Source: an uncultured Oscillospiraceae bacterium (GTDB taxonomy: Bacteria > Bacillota > Clostridia > Oscillospirales > Ruminococcaceae). From it: DNA of 64,000 bases. The position numbers and the translations under genes were made by a program. The stretch lies in contig CAZYAV010000006.1 of NCBI GenBank assembly GCA_964645785.1, positions 1,327 to 65,326 of the forward strand. Reading direction: 5' to 3'. This document shows, piece by piece, positions 1 through 7,447 of this stretch. A model generated the notes under the pieces. It had not been told where the DNA came from, did no database searches, and saw only the letters and a list, made by a program, of their open reading frames with translations. Numbering within the stretch: position 1 is the first letter of the stretch; each line of letters opens with the position of its first letter.

Positions 1-1565
1 CGCACCGCCATATACCGGAAGCTCTTTTTGCTGTAAAACGCCTCGGTCGAGAGCATCGGCGTGTCCCAGTGCGCGCAGATCGCCGCGCCGTCGTCGTTAT
101 AGCTCATCGGGTCGTCGCTGTCGGTGTAAAACTCCATGATTTTCCCGTCGCTCGTCCCAAACCGCAGCTTTTCGTCCCGCACCCACATCACCCGCGCGTC
201 GATTCCCTCCAGCAGATACGCCTCATACTGGTGGGTCGAATAGGGCGCGCCCCGCTCGTAGGATTTCATCAGTGAGTCCAGCACATAGACCCGCCCGTCC
301 AGGGAAAGCAGGTAAAAGTCCCGGAAACAGACTGCTGCGCTGTCCTCCCGGTTCTCCGCCCGCTCCAGCGCGCTGTTGATGAAAAACGACCGATTCTGGC
401 TGTATCTCTCCCCGCTCGTGTCCGCGGGCGTAACGGCAAAGATGCCGCCGGGCGAAAAGAACAGCGGCTCGGTTTTCAGGTACGCAACCGTGTATCCGGA
501 CGCAATCCCCGCCCCCTGCAGGGTGTTGACAACCGGAAAGGCGGCCTTCCCGTCGACCATCCGCCCCTCCCGCAGGATGATGTTCCGCCCGTCCGGGTCA
601 CCCCGCTTGTGCACGGCGAGCCGGTCGGAGATGATCGAATAGCCGCCGATCTCGCTGCCGAATCCCAGCACGCTGTACCCCGTCAGCGGGAAATACCGCG
701 CGTTCCCCATCTCGCTGTACCAGTCATGGCACGGATACGCCGGATTGCCGCTCACAAACAGCCGGTCGGCCGCCCCCGCCACGCCGTACAACACCGACAG
801 CCTGCAGCTATTGATCCGCGCGGCGTAATCCGGCCGGGTCTTCTGCGCCGTAATGCGGATATTGTCCGCGCCGCTCACCGGGGAAACCGGCGGCGGGTTC
901 ACAAAAACCACCCGGCCAAGCCCCACGTCGGCGCTGTATTCCGTTCCCGCGCCCATCGTTCGCCAAACGCCGTCTGCCGTCATCTGCTCCACCATAGGCA
1001 CGCTGTCCAGCCCGTCGAAAGACAGCTGATAGAGGGTCGCGCTTCCGTCCGCCAGAAAACTCTCCCGCCAGCGCGTCCCAATCAGGTTGAGCGGCTCATA
1101 CACCGTCCCGCCGCCGCCCGGCTGCCGCCCGATTACATACTGCGGCACATACGCCTCCTCGGCCGCGGGCTTGGCGGTCTCGCCGTCAAACGCAATCAGC
1201 GCCTTGCCGTCGCAGATAAACAGGGTTCCCTCCAGCTGCCAGCCGGTCGAGCGCCCGTCCCGCATCCCGCCGTACACGCAGCTTCCGCCGGCGTACAGCC
1301 CGGTTCCGGCGTGGATAACCTCGGTCTGCACGCCGTTTTTGGCAAACAGATACACGCCGTTGATTCTCCCGGCGTAGGTCGCCAGTTTGTGGTAGCCCAT
1401 CCGCTTGCGCACCTTGCCCGGCACATCGCGGATCATATTGGGCGCGTCCGGGCTTCGGCTCATCGAGACATTGGTCGGCGAATTGCAAAGGTCAATACCC
1501 CGGAACTCCGAAACGCTCAACCGGCTTGCGGGCAGGGGCGCGTACCGCCCGCCGTCCCGCCTCAT
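1..1565 (-). CDS. prophage-type virion structural protein, N-terminal ~521 codons (gene runs off the left edge)
   Basis: Absent from the ORF track because it has no stop inside the window. Manual minus-strand translation from the ATG at 1565-1563 (ATGA overlap with the stop of the 1562..1945 gene) is open to position 1. It reads protein-like: MRRDGGRYAPLPASRLSVSEFRGIDLCNSPTNVS...YVPQYVIGRQPGGGGTVYEPLNLIGTRW...SGNPAYPCHDWYSEMGNARYFPLTGYSVLGFGSEIGGYSII. The + ORF 609..1646 is its Arg-rich shadow. It lies directly downstream of the capsid gene. Family not recognised. Confidence 0.6.
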   Translation of the reverse strand, partial: MRRDGGRYAPLPASRLSVSEFRGIDLCNSPTNVSMSRSPDAPNMIRDVPGKVRKRMGYHKLATYAGRINGVYLFAKNGVQTEVIHAGTGLYAGGSCVYGGMRDGRSTGWQLEGTLFICDGKALIAFDGETAKPAAEEAYVPQYVIGRQPGGGGTVYEPLNLIGTRWRESFLADGSATLYQLSFDGLDSVPMVEQMTADGVWRTMGAGTEYSADVGLGRVVFVNPPPVSPVSGADNIRITAQKTRPDYAARINSCRLSVLYGVAGAADRLFVSGNPAYPCHDWYSEMGNARYFPLTGYSVLGFGSEIGGYSIISDRLAVHKRGDPDGRNIILREGRMVDGKAAFPVVNTLQGAGIASGYTVAYLKTEPLFFSPGGIFAVTPADTSGERYSQNRSFFINSALERAENREDSAAVCFRDFYLLSLDGRVYVLDSLMKSYERGAPYSTHQYEAYLLEGIDARVMWVRDEKLRFGTSDGKIMEFYTDSDDPMSYNDDGAAICAHWDTPMLSTEAFYSKKSFRYMAV

Positions 1566-1945
1566 CGCTCCCCTCCGTACACGTCCGCCACCGCCCCGGG
1601 CACCCATCTGCCCGTCTCCTCCACCGCCACGGTATACTGGTTATAGTAATACGCGGCGCGCGCAAAATCGTCGTCGTCCATCACCAGCCGTGCGCACAGC
1701 CCAAATGGGAGCGCGGCGCGCGCAAGCTCCGGCTCGCAGGGCAGCTCCTCGTCGAGCGACGCGATCTCCCCCGCCTCCTCCCGCTCGGCCAGCCCCTTGC
1801 TTGCGCGCAGGGAATTGTCGCATCCGTGAGTCTCCGCCAGCAGCAGGTTGATGAGCGGAACCGCAAATTCCGCGTATTCCGGCGACTGTGCCCGCGTGGT
1901 TGTCAGCAGCGCGAGCGCGTTGTCCAGCAGCTTTGCCGCCGTCAT
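1562..1945 (-). CDS. small phage head-module protein (unknown function)
   Basis: Subset of ORF 1562..1990. The internal ATG at 1945 is preceded by AAGGAGG (rc of 1950-1960). Its stop overlaps the start of the next gene (ATGA). Sits between the capsid gene and the large structural gene. Confidence 0.55.
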   Translation of the reverse strand: MTAAKLLDNALALLTTTRAQSPEYAEFAVPLINLLLAETHGCDNSLRASKGLAEREEAGEIASLDEELPCEPELARAALPFGLCARLVMDDDDFARAAYYYNQYTVAVEETGRWVPGAVADVYGGER

Positions 1946-2029
1946 CCTCTTTCCTCCTTTATTTCGGGCAGGGGCGCGGTGCATCTGCACCGCACCCCTG
2001 CCTTCTTCCGTTTATCCTATTCGCTTCGC

Positions 2030-3088
2030 TCAAAGGGTCAGCTCGCTGACGGCCGAGGGATAAGCGGCCGGGTCATCCTTGAACGCGTAGGCGCGCACAA
2101 CCGTGCCCGCCGCGGTCAGGTCGCTCTGCGCGCCCGTCCTCGCGCTCGGCGAATAGCGCGGGTCGCTGCCGTCCGTCGTGTACTTGATTACCGCGCCCGC
2201 CGTGTCGCAGCTCAGCGCGCCCGCGGTCGAAATTGCCGGCTGCTTGCAGATCACCACGCCGCTCTGCGTCCCGTCCACATCGGCATAGATGCCGTCGCAC
2301 TTGACCCCGAACACAAAGCAGTCGTAATACTGCCGCCCCTCCAGCAGGCTGCCCGAAATGCCGGGCGGGTCGGCGTGCAGCTTGGTCTCGGAGAGCTTTA
2401 CCGGCGCCGCTGCCGCGCTCTTGTGCACAACCATGAAGTTGAGTCCCGCGGGCAGGCGTTTGCGCGGCACCTTCACCACCTCCATGTTGTCATAAAGCCC
2501 CACAATCCCGCGGCGCAGCGCGTCGCGCGCCGTGCTCTCCACCGCCTGGAACTCGTCCGAGTGCTTCAGCAGCCGGTAAACCGCCGCGCTCACAAACAGG
2601 GTGCGGTCGTTCTGCGGCGCCTCCGCGTCGTCCAGGTACTCCGTCCCCTCGCTGATTTTGCCGCAGATGTTCGATTTGGTCAGCGCGGCGCTCTCGGCCA
2701 CGATTTTCCCCGCGCCCTTGGCAAGCCGGTCAAGGATATAGGTGTCCATCATCGGGATGGCGCGCTCGGTTACCTGCAGGCTCAGCATCCGCACCGCGTT
2801 TTTCTGGAAGCCCTGGTCGTCGTAATTTCCCTTGTCGATGGTCATCGAAAACGCCTTGTCCTGCGTCAGGGTCAGCTCCTGCACGATGTCCTGCATCTCG
2901 CAGGGGGTGCCGTACCGGTTGGTGCCCTCGCGCTGATAATCCGTCATCGGCGCGGTAATCGGTGTCAACACCTTCACCGTCTTCGCGCCCGAAAAGTCAT
3001 AGTTGTTTGAAAGCCGCCCCGCAACCACGCTTTCCGAGGTAAAATAAGGCTCAATCTGTTTTGCGATCACTTCGTTGAAATTAACCAT
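2030..3088 (-). CDS. phage major capsid protein (P22-coat / N4 gp56-like) with C-terminal Fn3-associated/chitobiase-C-like extension
   Basis: 352-aa ORF. The N-terminal ~270 aa resemble Firmicutes prophage major capsid proteins (MVNFNEVIAKQIEPYFTSESVV...TLTQDKAFSMTIDKGNYDD...). The C-terminal ~75 aa carry the AVIKYTTDGSDPRYS...VVRAYAF signature typical of CHB_HEX_C/Fn3-associated domains. A scaffold-like gene lies upstream. Confidence 0.75.
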   Translation of the reverse strand: MVNFNEVIAKQIEPYFTSESVVAGRLSNNYDFSGAKTVKVLTPITAPMTDYQREGTNRYGTPCEMQDIVQELTLTQDKAFSMTIDKGNYDDQGFQKNAVRMLSLQVTERAIPMMDTYILDRLAKGAGKIVAESAALTKSNICGKISEGTEYLDDAEAPQNDRTLFVSAAVYRLLKHSDEFQAVESTARDALRRGIVGLYDNMEVVKVPRKRLPAGLNFMVVHKSAAAAPVKLSETKLHADPPGISGSLLEGRQYYDCFVFGVKCDGIYADVDGTQSGVVICKQPAISTAGALSCDTAGAVIKYTTDGSDPRYSPSARTGAQSDLTAAGTVVRAYAFKDDPAAYPSAVSELTL

Positions 3089-3170
3089 ACTCGTCCCTTT
3101 CTGTGTCCTTTTGTCTTGTGAATCGTTCTAAGAGATGGGCGGCGCGCCGCCGCGCCCCAAAAGCCGCCAG

Positions 3171-3273
3171 CCGCTTCGGCTCCGCGCGCAGCCCCCGCCC
3201 GATCTTCCCGCCCTCTGCCGCGTCCCGCCCGGAATTCCTGCCCGTCTCGCTCCCCGGCCGCCGGTTTCGCCGC
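3171..3273. repeat. direct repeat copy A (103 bp) in the scaffold-capsid spacer
   Basis: Letter-by-letter comparison with 3434..3535 gives 4 substitutions and a 1-nt indel. All six frames here are Arg/Pro/Gly-rich and do not look coding. Confidence 0.85.
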
Positions 3274-3433
3274 ACAGCCCCGGTTGAGTTCCCGGCATTT
3301 TGCCGCCCGCCGCCGCACGCCTTTTCCTCGCCGCGCCCGACCGCCCTCCGCAGCCCCGGCGCCTGCACCCCACGTTCTGCCCGGCAGGCTCGGCCTCCCC
3401 CTCTCAGGCGCGCCCGGCTGTCGTCCCGCCTGT

Positions 3434-3535
3434 CCGCTTCGGCTCCGCGCGCAGCCCTCGCCCAATCTTCCCGCCCTCTGCCGCGTCCCGCCCGGAATTC
3501 CCGCCCGTCTCGCACCCCGCCGCCGGTTTCGCCGC
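3434..3535. repeat. direct repeat copy B (102 bp) in the scaffold-capsid spacer
   Basis: Same orientation as 3171..3273, offset 263 bp. Confidence 0.85.
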
Positions 3536-3607
3536 CGACCGTCCGACCCGCACCCCGCCTTGCACCGGTCAGCACCGCGCCCCGTGCCGGTCAGCCCCGG
3601 CGCGCGC

Positions 3608-4024
3608 TCACTTGAACACCGCCTCAAACACCCGCATCAGCTCGTCCAGCTCCCCGTCGGCGGCGCCGTCCCCGCGCACGCTGCCGATTGCCTGCGCGCG
3701 GTTTCGCTCGTTTGCGCGGGCGGCCTCCAGCTCCTGCTTGAGCCGCGCGTTCTCGTACATCCGGTACGCCTCCACCAGCCCCTGCCCGCCGCGCATGGCC
3801 TGCGCGACCTCGTCCGGGATATCGGTCACCTCCGGATACTGCCGGATAAACGCCTGCAAATCGGGCAGGTCGCCGTTGACGGCGTCCAGCCGGCTGGCGC
3901 ACTTCTGCGCGAATTCCAGCAGCTCGTCCAGGTTCAGCGCCCGCTGTTCCCCGCCAAATTCAATCAAATAGGTCTTTTCCCCTCCTTCGCCTCTGCTCTT
4001 CTCTTCCGGTTCGGTTTTCGCCAT
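3608..4024 (-). CDS. phage scaffolding-like protein
   Basis: Subset of ORF 3608..4096. The ATG at 4024 is preceded by AAGGAG. The product is acidic, Glu/Ala/Leu-rich and predicted helical (MAKTEPEEKSRGEGGEKTYLIEFGGEQRALNLDELLEFAQK...ARLKQELEAARANERNRAQ). It lies immediately upstream of the capsid gene. Confidence 0.55.
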   Translation of the reverse strand: MAKTEPEEKSRGEGGEKTYLIEFGGEQRALNLDELLEFAQKCASRLDAVNGDLPDLQAFIRQYPEVTDIPDEVAQAMRGGQGLVEAYRMYENARLKQELEAARANERNRAQAIGSVRGDGAADGELDELMRVFEAVFK

Positions 4025-4191
4025 TTTGTTCTCCTTTCTCCGCTCGGCTTTTTCCTGCTGCAAAACGGCGCGGCCCGCATTTCCCTTCGCCCGCACCCTT
4101 TCACAATTGCATTATCGCGCGCCCGGTTCGTATCTTTCGTACAAATCCAAAAAAGATCGCCGCGCGCTCTCCCGCTCACTTTGCCCCCGGT

Positions 4192-4220
4192 TTGAAATAG
4201 CCGCGCTTTTTTGCTATACT
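4192..4220 (+). promoter_or_regulatory. sigma-A type promoter for the acyltransferase/pepF unit
   Basis: TTGAAA (4192-4197), 17-nt spacer, TATACT (4215-4220), about 65 nt upstream of the ATG at 4285. Confidence 0.5.
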
Positions 4221-4284
4221 GCAAGTGCGGCAATTCATCAAGAATTTATTTCTAACAATTACGGTTAATTAAAGAGGAATCCGA

Positions 4285-5229
4285 ATGCTAAACTACTATA
4301 AACGCGGCTTTGGCGACCGGCGCGACGGTTGGCGGGTTCGCAATGTCGACGGCATCACCACCCTGATTCCGCACATTCTGCGCACCCGCATTGATTCGCA
4401 GTGCTTTTTCAAGGAAACGGTGGACGCCGAAAAGCTGGACGCCTTTGTGCGCCGTCACCGCGCCGAGATCCCGGGTCTGACAGTCATGCACGTCATCATC
4501 GCGGCGCTTGTCCGCACCATCTCCCAGCGCCCGTATATCAACCGGTTTGTCGTTCACAACAAGCTGTACGCCCACAACGACATCCGCATCTCAATGATGA
4601 TCAAGCGGGAGCTGTCCGACAAGGGGGAGGAAACCCCCATCAGCCCGGTTTTCAGCCCGGCCGACGATCTCGCGCAGGTCAGCCACATTATCAAGTCGGA
4701 AATCGACGCCAACCTGGCCGCCAATGCGCAGAACGACGCCGACGCCATCGCCCGGCTGCTCGCGCACATGCCCGCCTGGCTGCTGCGCTCGGTCGTCCGG
4801 GTGCTGCGCGGGCTGGACAATGTCGGCCTGCTGCCAAGGTCGCTGCAGGCCATCAGCCCGTGGCACGCCAGCGCGTTTCTCACCAATGTCGGCTCGCTGG
4901 GCATCGGCGCGGTCTACCACCACCTCTATGAGTTCGGCACCTGCTCCTTTTTTGTCGCCATGGGCAAAAAGAACCGCAGCCGGTCAATCGACGAGGACGG
5001 CGAGGTCACCAGCCTGAAAACCCTCGATCTGCGGGTTGTCGTCGACGAGCGGGTGTGCGACGGCTACTACTACGCGTCCACCATGCGCTATGTGCGCCGT
5101 CTGCTCGGCAACCCGGAGGTTCTGCTCTCCCCGCCCGAAAGGATTGTCCCGGACGACGGTGTCGGCAAGCCCCTGCTCTTTGATCCGAACGATCTGATTC
5201 CCAACCAAACCGAGGAGGTCTGCGGCTAA
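4285..5229 (+). CDS. standalone 2-oxoacid dehydrogenase E2-type acyltransferase catalytic-domain protein (no lipoyl domain)
   Basis: 314-aa ORF with RBS AAAGAGGAA. The C-terminal motif LRVVVDERVCDGYYYAS aligns with the E2/CAT DHRxxDG active-site motif but has Glu where the catalytic His is expected. Confidence 0.75.
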   Translation: MLNYYKRGFGDRRDGWRVRNVDGITTLIPHILRTRIDSQCFFKETVDAEKLDAFVRRHRAEIPGLTVMHVIIAALVRTISQRPYINRFVVHNKLYAHNDIRISMMIKRELSDKGEETPISPVFSPADDLAQVSHIIKSEIDANLAANAQNDADAIARLLAHMPAWLLRSVVRVLRGLDNVGLLPRSLQAISPWHASAFLTNVGSLGIGAVYHHLYEFGTCSFFVAMGKKNRSRSIDEDGEVTSLKTLDLRVVVDERVCDGYYYASTMRYVRRLLGNPEVLLSPPERIVPDDGVGKPLLFDPNDLIPNQTEEVCG

Positions 5230-6920
5230 TGGAAAAATTCAGCAATCTCGCCTATGAGCGCCCCAATTTTTCGGAGCTGAAAAAGGTCATGAAGGAAAAG
5301 ATCCGCCTGCTTGCCGGGGCGCAGAGCCTTGCGGAGGCCAAGGCGGCGCTCGTCGAAATCGAGCAGGTGATTTGTGCGCTGGAAACGCAGTACACCATCG
5401 CCTATGTCCGCAGCACGGGCGACACGGCCGACCCCTTTTACGCGGCGGAAATCGAGTTTTTTGACAAAAACCTCCCCACCCTGATGGGGTATCAGAAAAA
5501 ATACACCGAGACCCTGCTCGGCTCGGTCTTCCGCCCGCAGCTGGAGGAGGCTTTCGGCAAGCAGATGTTCAGCGTCGCCGAGGCAGACGAGCTTCTGCAA
5601 AGCAAAAAGATCGTGCTCGACCTTGTCAGCGAAAACACCCTAAAAACCAAGTACAACAAGGTCGCCGCCTCCTGCAAGACTCAGTTTATGGGGGAGGAAT
5701 GCAACTTCTACGGCCTGCTGCGCCATATGGAAAGCCCCGACCGTGACGAGCGGCGGCAGGCGTTTGAGGCGTGGGCGGCGCTGTATGAAAACGCCGCGCC
5801 CGAGCTTGACAGGATTTTCGATCAGCTCGTAACCGTCCGGGTGCGCATGGCCAAAAAGCTCGGGTTGGAAAACTACACCCGCTACGGCTACCTGTCCATG
5901 CACCGGCTGGATTACACGCCCGAGGATGTCGCCTCCTTCCGCCAGCAGGTCGTCGAGGTAATCGTCCCCCTGTGCCAAACCCTGCGCGAAAACCAGCGCC
6001 AGCGCCTTGGTGTCGACAAGCTGCGCTATTACGACGAGGCGCTCGCCTTCCCGCAGGGCAATCCCACCCCCAATGCGTCTACCGCGAACATGCTCGCCTA
6101 CGCGCAGGAGATGTACCACGCCCTCAGCCCGGAAACCGGCGAGTTCTTCGATTTCATGCTCGAGCATAAACTGTTCGACCTGGAGACCCGCCCGAACAAG
6201 CATCTCGGCGGCTACTGCACCGGCCTGCCGGACTACAAGGCGCCCTTCGTCTTCTCCAACTTCAACGGCACCTCCGCCGACGTCGACGTCCTCACCCACG
6301 AATGCGGGCACGCGTTCCAGTACTACTTGTCCTCCCGCTGCCTGCCGCTGCAAACCATCTGCACCAGCACAAGCGAGATCAACGAGATTCACTCGATGTC
6401 CATGGAGTTCTTCACCTATCCCTGGATGAACCGCTTTTTCGGCGCGGATTCGGCCAGATACCGCTACGCGCACATGTGCGACGCGCTTACCACCATCCCC
6501 TATCTTGTCTGCGTGGACGAATTCCAGCACCTGATCTATGCCGACCCCGGGATGACCGCCGCCGGCCGCCGCGCCGTCTGGCGGGAGCTCGAGCGCAAAT
6601 ACATGCCCTGGCGGGATTACGACGGCAACGCCTTCCTGGAGGGCGGCGGCTTCTGGATGCAAAAGCAGCACATCTTCCTCTATCCGTTTTATTACATCGA
6701 CTACGCCCTCGCGCAGGTCTGCACCTTTGAACTGTGCGGCCGCATGAAAACCGATTACAAGGCCGCCTGGCAGGACTATCTGCGGCTTTGCCGCGCCGGC
6801 GGCAGCAAGGGATACCGCGAACTGCTCTCGCTCGCCAACCTGACCTGCCCGTTCGACGAGGGTGCGGTTCTCAAGGCCATCACCCCCATCGTCAAAGAAA
6901 TCGCCTCGTTTGAAGTCTAA
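5229..6920 (+). CDS. pepF: M3B oligoendopeptidase F
   Basis: 563 aa with the zinc motif HECGHAFQ. Length and overall sequence are typical of the PepF family. The start overlaps the upstream stop (TAATG). Confidence 0.9.
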   Translation: MEKFSNLAYERPNFSELKKVMKEKIRLLAGAQSLAEAKAALVEIEQVICALETQYTIAYVRSTGDTADPFYAAEIEFFDKNLPTLMGYQKKYTETLLGSVFRPQLEEAFGKQMFSVAEADELLQSKKIVLDLVSENTLKTKYNKVAASCKTQFMGEECNFYGLLRHMESPDRDERRQAFEAWAALYENAAPELDRIFDQLVTVRVRMAKKLGLENYTRYGYLSMHRLDYTPEDVASFRQQVVEVIVPLCQTLRENQRQRLGVDKLRYYDEALAFPQGNPTPNASTANMLAYAQEMYHALSPETGEFFDFMLEHKLFDLETRPNKHLGGYCTGLPDYKAPFVFSNFNGTSADVDVLTHECGHAFQYYLSSRCLPLQTICTSTSEINEIHSMSMEFFTYPWMNRFFGADSARYRYAHMCDALTTIPYLVCVDEFQHLIYADPGMTAAGRRAVWRELERKYMPWRDYDGNAFLEGGGFWMQKQHIFLYPFYYIDYALAQVCTFELCGRMKTDYKAAWQDYLRLCRAGGSKGYRELLSLANLTCPFDEGAVLKAITPIVKEIASFEV

Positions 6921-6955
6921 GGCGCCGTATTCCAAACAGCGCCGAACACGTACCA

Positions 6956-6987
6956 AAAAGCCGCTGAAAGGATCAGCGGCTTTTTTG
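6956..6987 (+). terminator. intrinsic terminator after pepF
   Basis: Stem GCCGCTGA / TCAGCGGC followed by TTTTTT. Confidence 0.7.
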
Positions 6988-7212
6988 CCGGCAGAGCTCC
7001 CCGCTCTCCCCCGGCCTCACCGTGCGTCCTCCGTATAGCTCTCTCCTTGCCCTCGTACCCGCCCCGCAGTATTCTCTCCCCTGCAGGCGCAGCCTCCTTC
7101 AAAAAATCGCGGCAATTATTTTGGCGCAGGTCGGAACCGTCGAATATTCCGTTCGTTTTCGCCCTTTTCTCCGCTTTTTATGGAAAACTGACAAATTTCT
7201 TTCCGGTTCGGA

Positions 7213-7241
7213 TTGCACAAATTTCGATTTTATACTATAGT
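7213..7241 (+). promoter_or_regulatory. candidate promoter for the hemerythrin-receiver gene
   Basis: TTGCAC, 17-nt spacer, TATAGT, about 200 nt upstream of the ATG at 7448. Confidence 0.35.
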
Positions 7242-7447
7242 ATAGATAAGGAAAAAGAACTGTCCGGCGCCGTCCTGTTTATGTGCGGAGCGTCCGACGC
7301 TTCAAAGGCGCATACCGGCCGCAAACAAACCCGTTCAACCGTGCCTGCCCGCCCGTTTCGCCGCGGTGTTGGCAGGGCGGTGCTGTTTTGTTGCGGTCGC
7401 GTGACAGTTCAGCTACGGCAGAGCTGCAGCAAAGGAGGATTTTCTAT

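Noticed and set aside
3171-3535. DGR template/variable repeat pair, or a CRISPR-like array
   Set aside because: The four substitutions are c/t, g/a, t/c and t/a, not adenine-specific. No reverse transcriptase or target gene is nearby. There are only two copies of a ~102-bp unit and no cas genes, so it is neither a DGR nor a CRISPR array.
3067-3627. Minus-strand ORFs of 186, 164 and 81 aa covering the scaffold-capsid spacer; they might encode a decoration protein or protease
   Set aside because: All three frames are open at once and give Arg/Gly/Ala strings with no RBS. The internal similarity simply mirrors the DNA direct repeat. Treated as non-coding.
7242-7447. c-di-GMP-I (GEMM) riboswitch in the leader of the hemerythrin-receiver gene
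   Set aside because: Only loose resemblance: GACGC..CAAAGGC and CCGGCCGCAAAC versus the GGACGCAAAGCC...CCGGCC core. The order and spacing do not fit, and the putative terminator stem I first saw has only 6 bp.
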